IMG/VR virus record: IMGVR_UViG_3300050821_004383
Span: 1 to 64,000 of that record
Direction: 5' to 3' (one strand)
Origin: a virus
Length of the DNA stretch: 64,000 nucleotides
Shown: positions 44,477-54,019 of the stretch, one piece after another
Layout: each line of letters begins with the position of its first letter
Numbering within the stretch: position 1 is the stretch's first letter
Made by a program: the position numbers and the translations under genes
The notes under the pieces: model-generated
The model's database searches: none
What the model saw: only the letters and a program-made list of their open reading frames with translations
What the model was told of the DNA's origin: nothing

Positions 44477-44703
44477 AGATTCGCATCTGGCTCCTAGCGA
44501 CCGCGTTGTCCGCCGTCTTGCTCTACCTGACGCTGGACGGAGTTAGCAGACTCATTGCGGCAATCTACCACGTACGGAAGCCACTACACGCTGTACCGCT
44601 GGTAACCGGGAGGGCGAAATGATTGGATGGATACTACTCGGTGCCCTGGTCTTGTGGGCCAGTCGCATCGTTCAAGCGTTGTACATCGTGAGGAGGGCAG
44701 GCC

Positions 44704-44997
44704 GTGAGAACAACGAGAGCATTTGAGATATTGAAAGCAATCAAAGCACACTTCGATGAAGGCGCGGATTGCGTGTACCGCGACGGGCTGATTCTTTCAG
44801 ACGAGAGTACGTTGCACGAAGCGATAAAGGACTGCCTACAAGAGGAAGAAACTATCCCCTGGATACCGCGCAGGTTGCGCAAAAAGATAGGCAAGAACTA
44901 TTACGGGGATTGGAACGGCTTCGAGGGCAAGACGAAGGTCAAGGAGTTCGGCAAGGACCAGGAGGCAGCACACAAGTGGCTGCACGAAAATGATTAG
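44704..44997 (+). CDS. Hypothetical protein
   Basis: 97 aa, GGAGG RBS. Confidence 0.55.
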   Translation: MRTTRAFEILKAIKAHFDEGADCVYRDGLILSDESTLHEAIKDCLQEEETIPWIPRRLRKKIGKNYYGDWNGFEGKTKVKEFGKDQEAAHKWLHEND

Positions 44998-45233
44998 CAC
45001 CAACATTCAGTTAATCGACAAGGCAGTATTTGCTCGCCGCGCAGCACGCAAGAACGCGGCGAAGCCTGGGGCTACTCAAAAGATTGAAGACAAGCGCCGA
45101 AAGGCACCGAAGCACCGCAAGCCTTTGAAGGAGGAGTAATGGTCAACGTGCTACAAGGTGTTGCAATGGCGGCTGGTCTTATAGGACTCTGGCTCTGTTT
45201 GATGTACGAGCCAAAGAATGAAAGGAAAAACAA

Positions 45234-45662
45234 ATGAAAAAGTCAGAACTAGAAGTCGGTCAGAAAGTTTTCGTCCCCGCGAGCCTCAACGATTATTGGA
45301 CAGGTGAGGGCATCGTGGAAAGAGTCAGCGAGAATCACGATATCGCCATCGTTTCGATGAAGACAGGCAAACAGGTTGGAATCTCAGGCGGTTTCGCTGT
45401 CTCCAAATTGCAGCCAGCGACAGGGATGCAAATTGTGAGTTTGAAGCGCAGCACTCACCGAACCGGGTTGAAAGTTTACGGCAAGGTCCTCGGTGAGTCT
45501 GGCAAGGAGTACAACGTCGCGTACTTCCGCCGTCCGAACTTTCGCGGGTGGATTTGCTCTTGCGAGAATTTCTTCTTCACGATGTTCGCGAAGAAGCGCA
45601 ACTGCAAGCACCTCCGTTTCGTTCGCGGACAAGTCGGTCGGTTCGCAGCGTCCGTAAAATAG
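45234..45662 (+). CDS. SWIM zinc-finger protein
   Basis: 'WICSCENF........NCKHL'. Confidence 0.8.
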   Translation: MKKSELEVGQKVFVPASLNDYWTGEGIVERVSENHDIAIVSMKTGKQVGISGGFAVSKLQPATGMQIVSLKRSTHRTGLKVYGKVLGESGKEYNVAYFRRPNFRGWICSCENFFFTMFAKKRNCKHLRFVRGQVGRFAASVK

Positions 45663-45704
45663 TACCAAAGTACTATTGACGGAAAAACAGAACGGGTGTA
45701 GTAT
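45662..45704 (+). promoter_or_regulatory. Early promoter with GTAC motif driving an ncRNA
   Basis: GTACCAAAGTACTA-TTGACG-17-TAGTAT. Confidence 0.75.
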
Positions 45705-45711
45705 TCTTTCA

Positions 45712-45932
45712 GAGTCGGACACCTTAACCGAGGTGCAATAAGTGGCCCTCGGACGTTGCTAGAAGCACCTTAGAAAAGTAGGATGGCGCAGCAGGCCAGT
45801 AATGCCGAGAGGCAATCCTACACGGGCGCAACGGTTGGATGCGGAGGCCGCAGGGAGGTTCATCACCTCACCTCGACGCCTTACCGGGTAGGCTGATAAC
45901 CCCCGGTGGTTCGAATCCCGCCCGACTCACCC
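45712..45932 (+). ncRNA. ~220-nt structured RNA with tRNA-like ends
   Basis: 5' GAGTCGG pairs with 3' CCGACTC+ACC; GGTTCGAATCC T-loop; many internal helices; T tract after. Confidence 0.65.
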
Positions 45933-46335
45933 TTTTTGGACGCGTGAGTGTACCGCGTCAAGCGAGACGGCTGCAAGCGCCTGCCCGTAGGTCGAAACGG
46001 GTACCTTCCCCTCCTTCGGTCGGGAAGGGTACACGGCTTGCACGCGTATGGCGACTATATCGAAAGTCGTATCCTTCGAGAAGCGTCGCTCGAAGGATTA
46101 TTAGACGCCGTGCACCGGGTGCCACGTTAAACAATGCGATGCGCTAGGCCAGCGCAAGGCGAGCACCCGGACTAAATTAGAGGAGGCACCATGTGGGACC
46201 TGCAAACTCTGAACCGATTGAACGCGGAAGTGGAAGCGAAACAAAAGCAGGAAGCGAGCGAAGGGGAGTTGGAGTTTGAAGAGGCTCGCAGGTTGGATAC
46301 GCGTAACAAAGATTAAGCTGGGAGCGACGTTGCTT

Positions 46336-46491
46336 CTAGCAGTACAGGGCGGCAATTCTGGCGTCCGGGTGAACACCGCAGCGGCGGGAGCCGAAGAGCG
46401 GAACCGGGGAGCGTCGGTCGGCGGTAGCACCCTAGGGCGAAACCAAAGTCTAACCCAAAGTCTAACCCAAAGTCTAACCCTGTACTGCTAG
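46336..46491 (+). repeat. 14-bp perfect inverted repeat enclosing three 12-bp tandem repeats
   Basis: CTAGCAGTACAGGG/CCCTGTACTGCTAG; (CCAAAGTCTAAC)x3 at 46443-46478. Confidence 0.85.
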
Positions 46492-46724
46492 GCGCATCGG
46501 AGCATCAGGCATCACTCCTGACGGAACCGGAAGGAACTTAAAAATGTCAGGGCAGTCCTTCATGACTGGTGCGCCACTAGTTGTACGAAAACGTGTCGAA
46601 TTGCGGAATTGTACGGGAGAATACAAGTGCTCGGACTGTGGATTATCATCGCAGCAGTTTTTGGACTGGTCGCGATTTTCGTGATTGACCTCGGTAGAGT
46701 AGACAAAATATCTAGGAGAAAAAG

Positions 46725-47309
46725 ATGAGCAATAAAAAAGTACCAGAAGGTTTTCATAAGCATACGAACGGCGGCGGTACTGTTCAGGACACCGCTCACG
46801 TAGAAGAATCAGTTTACGTTGGGCCAGACGCGCGGGTGTTCGGCGACGCGCGGGTGTCCGGCAACGCGCGGGTGTCCGACAACGCGTGGGTGTTCGGCGA
46901 CGCGCGGGTGTCCGGCAACGCGTGGGTGTTCGGCGACGCGCGGGTGTCCGGCGACGCGTGGGTGTTCGGCGACGCGCGGGTGTCCGACAACGCGCGGGTG
47001 TTCGGCGACGCGCGGGTGTCCGGCAACGCGTGGGTGTTCGGCGACGCGCGGGTGTCCGGCAACGCGTGGGTGTTCGGCGACGCGCGGGTGTCCGGCGACG
47101 CGTGGGTGTTCTCACCACTTTACATTCAAGGACCACGCCACGCTCTTACAAATTGCAAATACGGCTACATACAAATTGGTTGCCATTGCAATACTTTCGC
47201 ATACTGGCAGAAGCATTACAAAGCAATCGGGCGAGCCGAAGGCTACACGGAGGAAGAAATCGAACAATACGGTCTCTTCATTCAAATGTTCGCAAAGATA
47301 GGGAAATAA
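46725..47309 (+). CDS. Hexapeptide-repeat (left-handed beta-helix) protein
   Basis: (DARVSG/NAWVFG)n encoded by 18-bp tandem repeats. Confidence 0.85.
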   Translation: MSNKKVPEGFHKHTNGGGTVQDTAHVEESVYVGPDARVFGDARVSGNARVSDNAWVFGDARVSGNAWVFGDARVSGDAWVFGDARVSDNARVFGDARVSGNAWVFGDARVSGNAWVFGDARVSGDAWVFSPLYIQGPRHALTNCKYGYIQIGCHCNTFAYWQKHYKAIGRAEGYTEEEIEQYGLFIQMFAKIGK

Positions 47310-47649
47310 TGAGCGACACACAAGGCTACGAGGACGTTAAGTGCCAAGTGAGAGTCAGCAGACAGTGCGAGGGCGGAAACGCGGGCTATCAGCGTACGAA
47401 GCAATTCGCACGTGTCGGTCCCTGGCTTGACGCATGTGAACCTTGTGCCCGCACCGAGTACGAGCAACCCACACAGTTTCAAAAAGAGGAGGACCCTGAA
47501 CAAGGGTTTTGATATGAGCAAAACATACAGAGACCAACCGCGCAGCAAACACTCAGACGAGACGCCTCAGAAGGCGATTGACCGTCTGCGCAAAGCAGAG
47601 GCTCGGGAAGATATTCGAGAGGCCCTAGCAGCCTCCCAGGAGGCAACAA

Positions 47650-47871
47650 ATGCAGGCAAGTGACCACTGGCCGACCCCGTCCGCGCACCGCGAGTATTGG
47701 GAGCACCGCCACAACGCATACATCTACGAGTATGACCCAACAGATGATGGACAAGAATGGTTTACTCTTCGCATCATTCTCGCGACTCATGACCCGGAAG
47801 AACTGGAAGTGGAGCGCCAAGAAACAATGGAGCGCCGCTGCGGTCGCATCAAATCGAGGTACTACGTATGA
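47650..47871 (+). CDS. Hypothetical protein
   Basis: AGGAGG RBS. Confidence 0.5.
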   Translation: MQASDHWPTPSAHREYWEHRHNAYIYEYDPTDDGQEWFTLRIILATHDPEELEVERQETMERRCGRIKSRYYV

Positions 47872-48065
47872 CGTTCATCCTTCTTCCATATGGTAGCGGT
47901 GGATTTTCAATCGAGCGAACGTTAGCGCGATGGTTCCCTCCCGCGTTAACACCTCTGGACCTGGACTCTCACAAGCAATCCCTCGCGTATCAATATCGAA
48001 TTTCACGCAAGGGCGAGGACCGAAACCCGACGATGATTGCTGGCGTGCAGATTGTTCGATAAACA

Positions 48066-48518
48066 ATGAGGCATTTTCTTGCTCCTTATGTGAAAGAGCA
48101 AGCAAAAGAAAAGGCGCGAGCAAAGCGCTTAATGGACAACTACAAGCTGACGGTGGAACAGTATGACGCCATCCTTGCGTACCAGGGTGGCGTTTGCTAC
48201 GTGTGCCAGTGTCCGGAACCTGTAAAGGGCCGTCGATTGTCTGTGGACCACGACCACGACACCGGGGAGATTCGCGGACTCGCCTGCTCTCGCTGCAATC
48301 CACTTCTAGGCAAGATAGAGAACGCGTTTAAACGTTACGGACTCGGAAAGGTCCCAGGCTTAACAGTGGCGATTGTAGTGTGCCGACTGTATCGATATCT
48401 GGCAAGACCGCCAGCCCGCATTGCGTTAGGCGGGACACACATCGGTTACCCTGGACGAACCGGAACGAAGGCGCACCGCGCTCGGCTACGTAAAGAGAAG
48501 AAAACAAAGGCCACATAA
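48066..48518 (+). CDS. Endonuclease VII-family nuclease (possible resolvase)
   Basis: 'QGGVCYVC...LSVDHDH.TGEIRGLACSRCN'. Confidence 0.85.
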   Translation: MRHFLAPYVKEQAKEKARAKRLMDNYKLTVEQYDAILAYQGGVCYVCQCPEPVKGRRLSVDHDHDTGEIRGLACSRCNPLLGKIENAFKRYGLGKVPGLTVAIVVCRLYRYLARPPARIALGGTHIGYPGRTGTKAHRARLRKEKKTKAT

Positions 48519-48642
48519 ATCATGAGGCATTTCAGCGCTTCTTTCGAAGGGAAGGACGAGCTAATTCTCTTAAAGGTAACGGCACTGCTGAGGAATTGAG
48601 ACGAGTCGCAGAATACGCAGAACAATGCGGAGGCCAAAACGT

Positions 48643-49383
48643 ATGAATTTACCCATCGTGACTAATGCCGAAAACGTCGTGAAGAAAGACCTGTCCTGGA
48701 TTACACATCACCTCATTTTAGTGGGCGTGCTGGTCGCAGTTTTGTTTCTCGGTATCTGGGAAGTCCAATCCCTTATCGAGAAACACGACGAGAAGAAAGC
48801 ACAGCAAGCGAACACCGCGCTGCAAGTGGTTGTTGACCAAGTAAAGAGATTGGAAGAACACCAAGCACAGAACGACGTAGCCATCGCGCAGCGCGAGGCC
48901 GCTCGTGATGCCCTCGACAAAGCACTTATCGCAACTATCAACGCTCGCGACAAAGCGCTCACCGACCAAATTCAAAAGAACGCCACACTCACAGCACAGC
49001 AAGCCGCTGCGCGACTCTCGGAGCAATATAAGGCACAGCCGGGAGAAGTTACAGCAAGTGGCGACACCGTTATAGCGGACCTCCCTCTCGCTCGCTCCTT
49101 CGTAAACACGTTTGACCAACTCAACGTCTGCACCGCTAATTATGTTGATGAACAAAAGCAACTGGCTGCGGAGCAAGCGCGTACCGCTGACTTGAAGACC
49201 CAGGTGTCCGACCGCGACAAAACCATCACAGGAAAGAACGAAGAACTCGTTAAGCAAAAAGCAAAGGACGACGAGGGCAAGAAGGTCGCTGTTGACAAAG
49301 AGAAGAAGAAGCACAAGTGGTACGCACTAGGCGGCATCATCATCATCGAAGCAGTTCGATTTTATCTTACGGGGAAACCATGA
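48643..49383 (+). CDS. Membrane-anchored coiled-coil protein (spanin-like candidate)
   Basis: N-terminal TM, long coiled coil, C-terminal hydrophobic tail. Confidence 0.45.
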   Translation: MNLPIVTNAENVVKKDLSWITHHLILVGVLVAVLFLGIWEVQSLIEKHDEKKAQQANTALQVVVDQVKRLEEHQAQNDVAIAQREAARDALDKALIATINARDKALTDQIQKNATLTAQQAAARLSEQYKAQPGEVTASGDTVIADLPLARSFVNTFDQLNVCTANYVDEQKQLAAEQARTADLKTQVSDRDKTITGKNEELVKQKAKDDEGKKVAVDKEKKKHKWYALGGIIIIEAVRFYLTGKP

Positions 49384-51038
49384 ACGTACCGAAGCGCGAT
49401 AGAAAATCAGTTGAAGAAGTCTCCGCTGTTTACGAAGCGACAGGTGGAAACATTCGCCAGACTGCGAAGAAGTTAGGCATCAGTCGCTCCTCGGTGCGCC
49501 GTATTTTGGAAGGCACCGGGATAATGAAGAAGCCGTTAGTCGGCGGCACCAAGGGCGGCACAGAGACGCAGGTTCGACCTCTGCCCAAGAAGGGTGAAGT
49601 CAACCGCTACATTCTTACTTCCGCGCAGAATAATACACATGTTCACGCGGAACTGCTAGCGAACCTGAAAGCACTAGCGAACCACTACGGCGCTGCAATC
49701 ATTGTGGGCACGTACACATACAATCAGAATCATTACGGTAAGCTGAGCGTAAAGCGCGGCAAAGATAAACCGGAAGAGACTCAGTTGTGGTACGACCCGG
49801 CCATCGTAGATTACATCAAGGATTATCGTATTGAACTCGGTAAGGGTCTCGTGTGGTGCGGCGAATACAACGCGCTGCCGACGAACGTGAACCCGCTGGC
49901 CGGACTCGAATCGTACACCGGACGCCAAAGCGCTATCTTCCCTCACGCCAAGCTGGCGATGCGCAGCATTGCAACGATGCAAAACGAGGGCGTGAAGCTG
50001 AACTACACCACAGGCACCGTCACTCAGCGCAACTACATCCAGAAGCGCGAGGGTGTGATTGCAGAGTTTCATCACATCTATGGCGCACTGCTCGTGGAAG
50101 TGAACAGTGAAGGCAATTGGTGGGTCCGCCAGTTGAACCAGGACGAGGGCACCGGGACGCTGCAAGATTTGAGCGTGCTCGTTAAGAACGGCAAGGTTAT
50201 CGCAGAGGACGCTGGGGTAGAAGCTATCACATACGGCGACCTGCACGGTGTCTTTGCGGACCCGGATGTAATCAACGCGTCGCTGGACATGCGTTTTCAC
50301 CTCGCGCCGAAGTATCAGTTCTTGCACGACGTGATGGAAGGCGCGGCAGTCAATCCGCACCAACGCAAGTACCAGACGAACCACGAGAAGTTTCACACGT
50401 GGCTGCGCGGCTATCACAAGCTGGACAACGAACTGGTGGACACCGCCAAGCTGTTGGAGCGCTTCGATGTCAACACGACTAAGACGGTCATTGTGGATTC
50501 GAATCACGACGACGCGTGGTTGAAGAAGTGGCTGCGCGAGTACGATTATCGTAAGGACCCTCCGAACACCGAGGTCTTTTTGAAGCTGCAAGCGTATCTG
50601 TATGGGCAGATTCGCAACGGAGTTACCGACGAGCAGTCTCGCGCACGCACCGCGAACCCGAAGATGGTACGCGACATCAACGTGCTTGAGTATGCTCTTC
50701 GAGAAGTCGGCGGCTACAAGGCTAAGGCGAAGTTTCTCCTAGCCGACGAGTCATTCCTTACGTGCGGCAAGAAGATTGAGAACGGCATGCACGGTCACCT
50801 GGGGCCAGCCGGACGTTTCGGGACCCCGGAGAACTTGTCCAAGATGGCACGCAAGGCCAACACCGCGCACACGCACAGCACCGGAATCTGGAATGGACTT
50901 TACGTCGCGGGAACGAGTAGCAAGCTGCGCTGGGATTACACCAAGGGACCCAGCAACTGGACACACTCACATATAGTGACGTATCCGAACGGCAAGCGCA
51001 CGATTGTGACAATCTACAACGGCGCGTGGAGAGCATAA
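49380..51038 (+). CDS. HTH plus metallophosphoesterase-like protein (T5 A1-like, from memory)
   Basis: N-terminal HTH; 'ILTSAQNNT', 'GDLH', 'HD', 'SNHD', 'HGH', 'HTHS'. Confidence 0.6.
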   Translation: MNVPKRDRKSVEEVSAVYEATGGNIRQTAKKLGISRSSVRRILEGTGIMKKPLVGGTKGGTETQVRPLPKKGEVNRYILTSAQNNTHVHAELLANLKALANHYGAAIIVGTYTYNQNHYGKLSVKRGKDKPEETQLWYDPAIVDYIKDYRIELGKGLVWCGEYNALPTNVNPLAGLESYTGRQSAIFPHAKLAMRSIATMQNEGVKLNYTTGTVTQRNYIQKREGVIAEFHHIYGALLVEVNSEGNWWVRQLNQDEGTGTLQDLSVLVKNGKVIAEDAGVEAITYGDLHGVFADPDVINASLDMRFHLAPKYQFLHDVMEGAAVNPHQRKYQTNHEKFHTWLRGYHKLDNELVDTAKLLERFDVNTTKTVIVDSNHDDAWLKKWLREYDYRKDPPNTEVFLKLQAYLYGQIRNGVTDEQSRARTANPKMVRDINVLEYALREVGGYKAKAKFLLADESFLTCGKKIENGMHGHLGPAGRFGTPENLSKMARKANTAHTHSTGIWNGLYVAGTSSKLRWDYTKGPSNWTHSHIVTYPNGKRTIVTIYNGAWRA

Positions 51039-51265
51039 TGCCCGGAAGAAAACGAGAAGAACCGAAGCACAACTCCGCAGAGCGCACTGAACGCCGCGCG
51101 AAGCAGGGACCGAAGAAGGTTCTCTACATCAACGGTAAACTCGCCTGCCAGCGCTGTTCCAACGGCTGGGTGGTGGTTGACCTTAATTCGGAGCACAAGG
51201 TCGTGAAGTGTCCGATATGCAGTTTTCCGAATGATATTCGAGAGGCTATCAAGAGGGCAGCATGA
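51038..51265 (+). CDS. Zn-ribbon protein
   Basis: CQRC...CPIC. Confidence 0.55.
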   Translation: MPGRKREEPKHNSAERTERRAKQGPKKVLYINGKLACQRCSNGWVVVDLNSEHKVVKCPICSFPNDIREAIKRAA

Positions 51266-51930
51266 TGCAGTTAATCCTAGGTATCGGTCACAAGTCTCGC
51301 CACGGCAAAGATTCTTTTGCCTCAGCGATTGAGAACCACTACGCGACTCAGTATTACGCCGCGCAGAAGCATGGACTGAGCAGTTATCGCCCCGTGATAG
51401 TTCAACGTCACGCGTTCGCTGACGCGCTGTATCACGAGGTCAACGAGTGGCTAAGAATTAATCCGGAGTGGGCCAAAGACGGAAAGGGGCCAACTAGTTT
51501 ACCGTCTTGGGTAACCCCTGACCCTAATCCGGAAGTCAGCGTTCGCGCACCGTACGGCAAGCACGCGAAGTTGTTGCAGTGGTGGGGCACCGAGTACCGC
51601 CGCTCTCAAGACCCTCTGTATTGGGTGAAGAAGTGGAAGTCCGGAATCAATCCGAAGGCGCAGGTTGTGATGGCAACCGATATGCGCTTCCTCAACGAAG
51701 CAGAAGCAGTCCTCGACTTGAAGGGATTCACAATCGACGTGAGCCGCTTGAATCCAAACGGCACCAACTTCATCGATGGGAGCCGCGACCCGCTGCACGT
51801 CTCGGAGACTCAGTTAGATGACTACAATTTCGATTATCGCATCAAAGTGAAAACCGGGGACCTCGTCTTGCTAGAAGAGTGGGCGATTACGTTGGTTCAC
51901 TATCTGCGAGCGTTGAAAGGACACAAGTGA
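51262..51930 (+). CDS. Deoxynucleoside monophosphate kinase
   Basis: 'GHKSRHGKD', 'FADAL', 'LQWWGTE', 'DMRFLNE', 'HVSE'. Confidence 0.85.
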   Translation: MMQLILGIGHKSRHGKDSFASAIENHYATQYYAAQKHGLSSYRPVIVQRHAFADALYHEVNEWLRINPEWAKDGKGPTSLPSWVTPDPNPEVSVRAPYGKHAKLLQWWGTEYRRSQDPLYWVKKWKSGINPKAQVVMATDMRFLNEAEAVLDLKGFTIDVSRLNPNGTNFIDGSRDPLHVSETQLDDYNFDYRIKVKTGDLVLLEEWAITLVHYLRALKGHK

Positions 51931-52490
51931 AAAAATCAAAAGAATCGAATGCATCAATCGAGACGTTTACAGGAAAGCTGTTCGATATTCGAAATCCGAA
52001 GCCAGAGATGGTTTGTATCGAGGATATTGCTCACTCGCTTTCCGGTCTTCCTCGATTCACGATGCATTGCAAATTCCCTTATCCGGTAGCACAGCACTTG
52101 CGCATCGGGAGTTTCTTCATCCCAGATGAATTTGCATTCGATTACTTTTGCCACGACTTCGCGGAAGCATACCTAAACGACATGAGCCGCCCCTTGAAAC
52201 ACTTCACGATGGTAGGCCGGGAGTACAGGAAGATAGAACGACGCGTACAAGCCGTGGTCGCAGAAGTCATTGGATTCCACAAAAAAGAGCCGAAGATTGT
52301 GAAACTGTACGATACCCGGATGCTTTATACGGAAAAGGCGCAGTTGATGCACAGCGGCAACTTTCATCACGAGTGGACGAACAGAAAAGAAGGAAGAGAG
52401 CCGCTTCCGGTGACTCTTGAGTACGCGGATTTTTGGACTCAAAAAAGGTTGTTCATGGAACGATTCAATCAATTAAGGAGAAATAAATAA
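51927..52490 (+). CDS. HD-domain nucleotide phosphohydrolase
   Basis: 'DIAHSLS..PRF..H...Y.VAQH...HDFAEAY..D'. Confidence 0.85.
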   Translation: MKKSKESNASIETFTGKLFDIRNPKPEMVCIEDIAHSLSGLPRFTMHCKFPYPVAQHLRIGSFFIPDEFAFDYFCHDFAEAYLNDMSRPLKHFTMVGREYRKIERRVQAVVAEVIGFHKKEPKIVKLYDTRMLYTEKAQLMHSGNFHHEWTNRKEGREPLPVTLEYADFWTQKRLFMERFNQLRRNK

Positions 52491-52493
52491 ATA

Positions 52494-52850
52494 ATGTCAA
52501 TTTTGGATAGTCAAATTCGTAGCATCGTGTGTGACGGCCCCGGCTGTGGCAAAGAAGTAATGTTCGACCTCAAAGACCAGAAGACGGTATTCGAGAACCC
52601 GGACAATGTCTGGTTGAAGTCTACCCGCATTACTCAGACCGGGGATGGCCGCAATCTCGTGTACTGCTCTGACACGTGCGAAGTGAAGGGCGTTGCAACA
52701 GGCAAGCACAACATCCCGGAGGCACCGAAAATTATCACGCCTACAAACCCAGCAGCCATCATAGAAGCCGCGCGTGCCGCGCAGCAAGCGAAGCAGGCTG
52801 AGCAGGCAATCCGCGACGGCCAGCCGACTAAAGTTCAACTGACGGACTAA
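52494..52850 (+). CDS. Zn-finger hypothetical protein
   Basis: CDGPGC...YCSDTC. Confidence 0.55.
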   Translation: MSILDSQIRSIVCDGPGCGKEVMFDLKDQKTVFENPDNVWLKSTRITQTGDGRNLVYCSDTCEVKGVATGKHNIPEAPKIITPTNPAAIIEAARAAQQAKQAEQAIRDGQPTKVQLTD

Positions 52851-53222
52851 ATGCTCGACACTCCAAACAAGACGCAGACCGTTGTTCGATTCAACGGACA
52901 CATCACCTGGGAGGGCCGCGCTGGCGGACTTCCTGAAACTATTCACGCGTTTCTGATTTTGGAAAACGCGGACGAGAAGTTCATAAGCGAGATGGTCGAG
53001 GCTCAGTCGAGAGCGTTCATCGGTTCTCAAGCGATGTACGTGCAACGTGACCAGGGCGCGATAGTGGACCTGCGAGTGATGCCTCGCAACCGAATGCTGG
53101 TGCCGTTTCACAACATCGCGTACATCGATGTGGACGTAATCCCAATGACGGGAGAACTCTCAGCGCCGGACGAGCTAGGCGTAGAACGTCTGTCGAACGG
53201 CGAAGAACCAACGAAACAGTAA
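52851..53222 (+). CDS. Hypothetical protein
   Basis: 123 aa. Confidence 0.55.
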   Translation: MLDTPNKTQTVVRFNGHITWEGRAGGLPETIHAFLILENADEKFISEMVEAQSRAFIGSQAMYVQRDQGAIVDLRVMPRNRMLVPFHNIAYIDVDVIPMTGELSAPDELGVERLSNGEEPTKQ

Positions 53223-53260
53223 TTCATGAGGCATTTAAGAGATGCTAATAGGAGAAGTAC

Positions 53261-53983
53261 ATGATTGTTGCCGGACTGGACATCGAAAGCACGGGACTCG
53301 ACAAGGTCAAAGACCGCCCAATAGAAATTGGCGTGGCCTTGTGGACTACAAAATACAACCGTAGTCTTGATACCCGTGCGATTCTTGTTCAGTCCGACGG
53401 CGTCCCTGTCACTCCCGAGATTACCGAAATCACTGGCATCAACCAGGGTATGGTGGACACGTTCGGGTACACGCCAGAAGAAGCCTTCGATGAAGCGACG
53501 TACTTTGTGGACCGCGCGGAAGCGGTCGTGGCGTTCAACGGCAACCGATTCGACATTCCGATGATGCACAACCTAGCGAAGCGCGTGAAGAAGCAGTTCC
53601 CGGACAAACTCATAATTGATCCGTTCACCGACTTGCCCATGCGCGGACAAGAACTGATTACCATGTGCGCCAAGATGGGCATTTACTATGACCCGCACGA
53701 AGCGGGGGCAGACGTTGGCGCGATGCTCCGACTCATGAGCAAGTTCTCGTTTGATACGGTGCTGGCTCGCGCGAAGAGTCCGACCGTCGTAATACAGTCA
53801 ATGCAGCCGCGCAGCAATAACAAGGCGGCTAAGAAGCACAAGTTTCGTTGGAACCCGAATCATGAAATATGGTGGAAGGCAGTGAAGGAGATAGACCTCA
53901 ATGACCTCGTTGCAGCAGTTAACAACGAGTTTGGTCTTCAACAACTCGACTTTCGACCGGAAGATTTGGAGACCGACGATTAG
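53261..53983 (+). CDS. DEDDh 3'-5' exonuclease (DnaQ-like)
   Basis: 'LDIESTG', 'AFNG.RFD', 'HEAGAD'. Confidence 0.9.
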   Translation: MIVAGLDIESTGLDKVKDRPIEIGVALWTTKYNRSLDTRAILVQSDGVPVTPEITEITGINQGMVDTFGYTPEEAFDEATYFVDRAEAVVAFNGNRFDIPMMHNLAKRVKKQFPDKLIIDPFTDLPMRGQELITMCAKMGIYYDPHEAGADVGAMLRLMSKFSFDTVLARAKSPTVVIQSMQPRSNNKAAKKHKFRWNPNHEIWWKAVKEIDLNDLVAAVNNEFGLQQLDFRPEDLETDD

Positions 53984-54019
53984 AAGTAACTCAACGCGCA
54001 CAGCGCACAGGAGATAAGC

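Noticed and set aside
45712-45932. tmRNA
   Set aside because: No G3:U70 pair, much shorter than typical tmRNA and no convincing proteolysis tag.
46443-46480. Telomerase-like template (CTAACCC)
   Set aside because: A 7-nt match is expected by chance and no reverse transcriptase is in the window.
46474-47512. Alternative-frame repetitive ORFs over the hexapeptide gene
   Set aside because: Open only because of the stop-free 18-bp repeat; 46725-47309 has the RBS and sensible flanks.
51262-52490. Z-base (2-aminoadenine) genome pathway
   Set aside because: HD hydrolase, kinase and family A polymerase are common in phages; no purZ-like gene is in the window.
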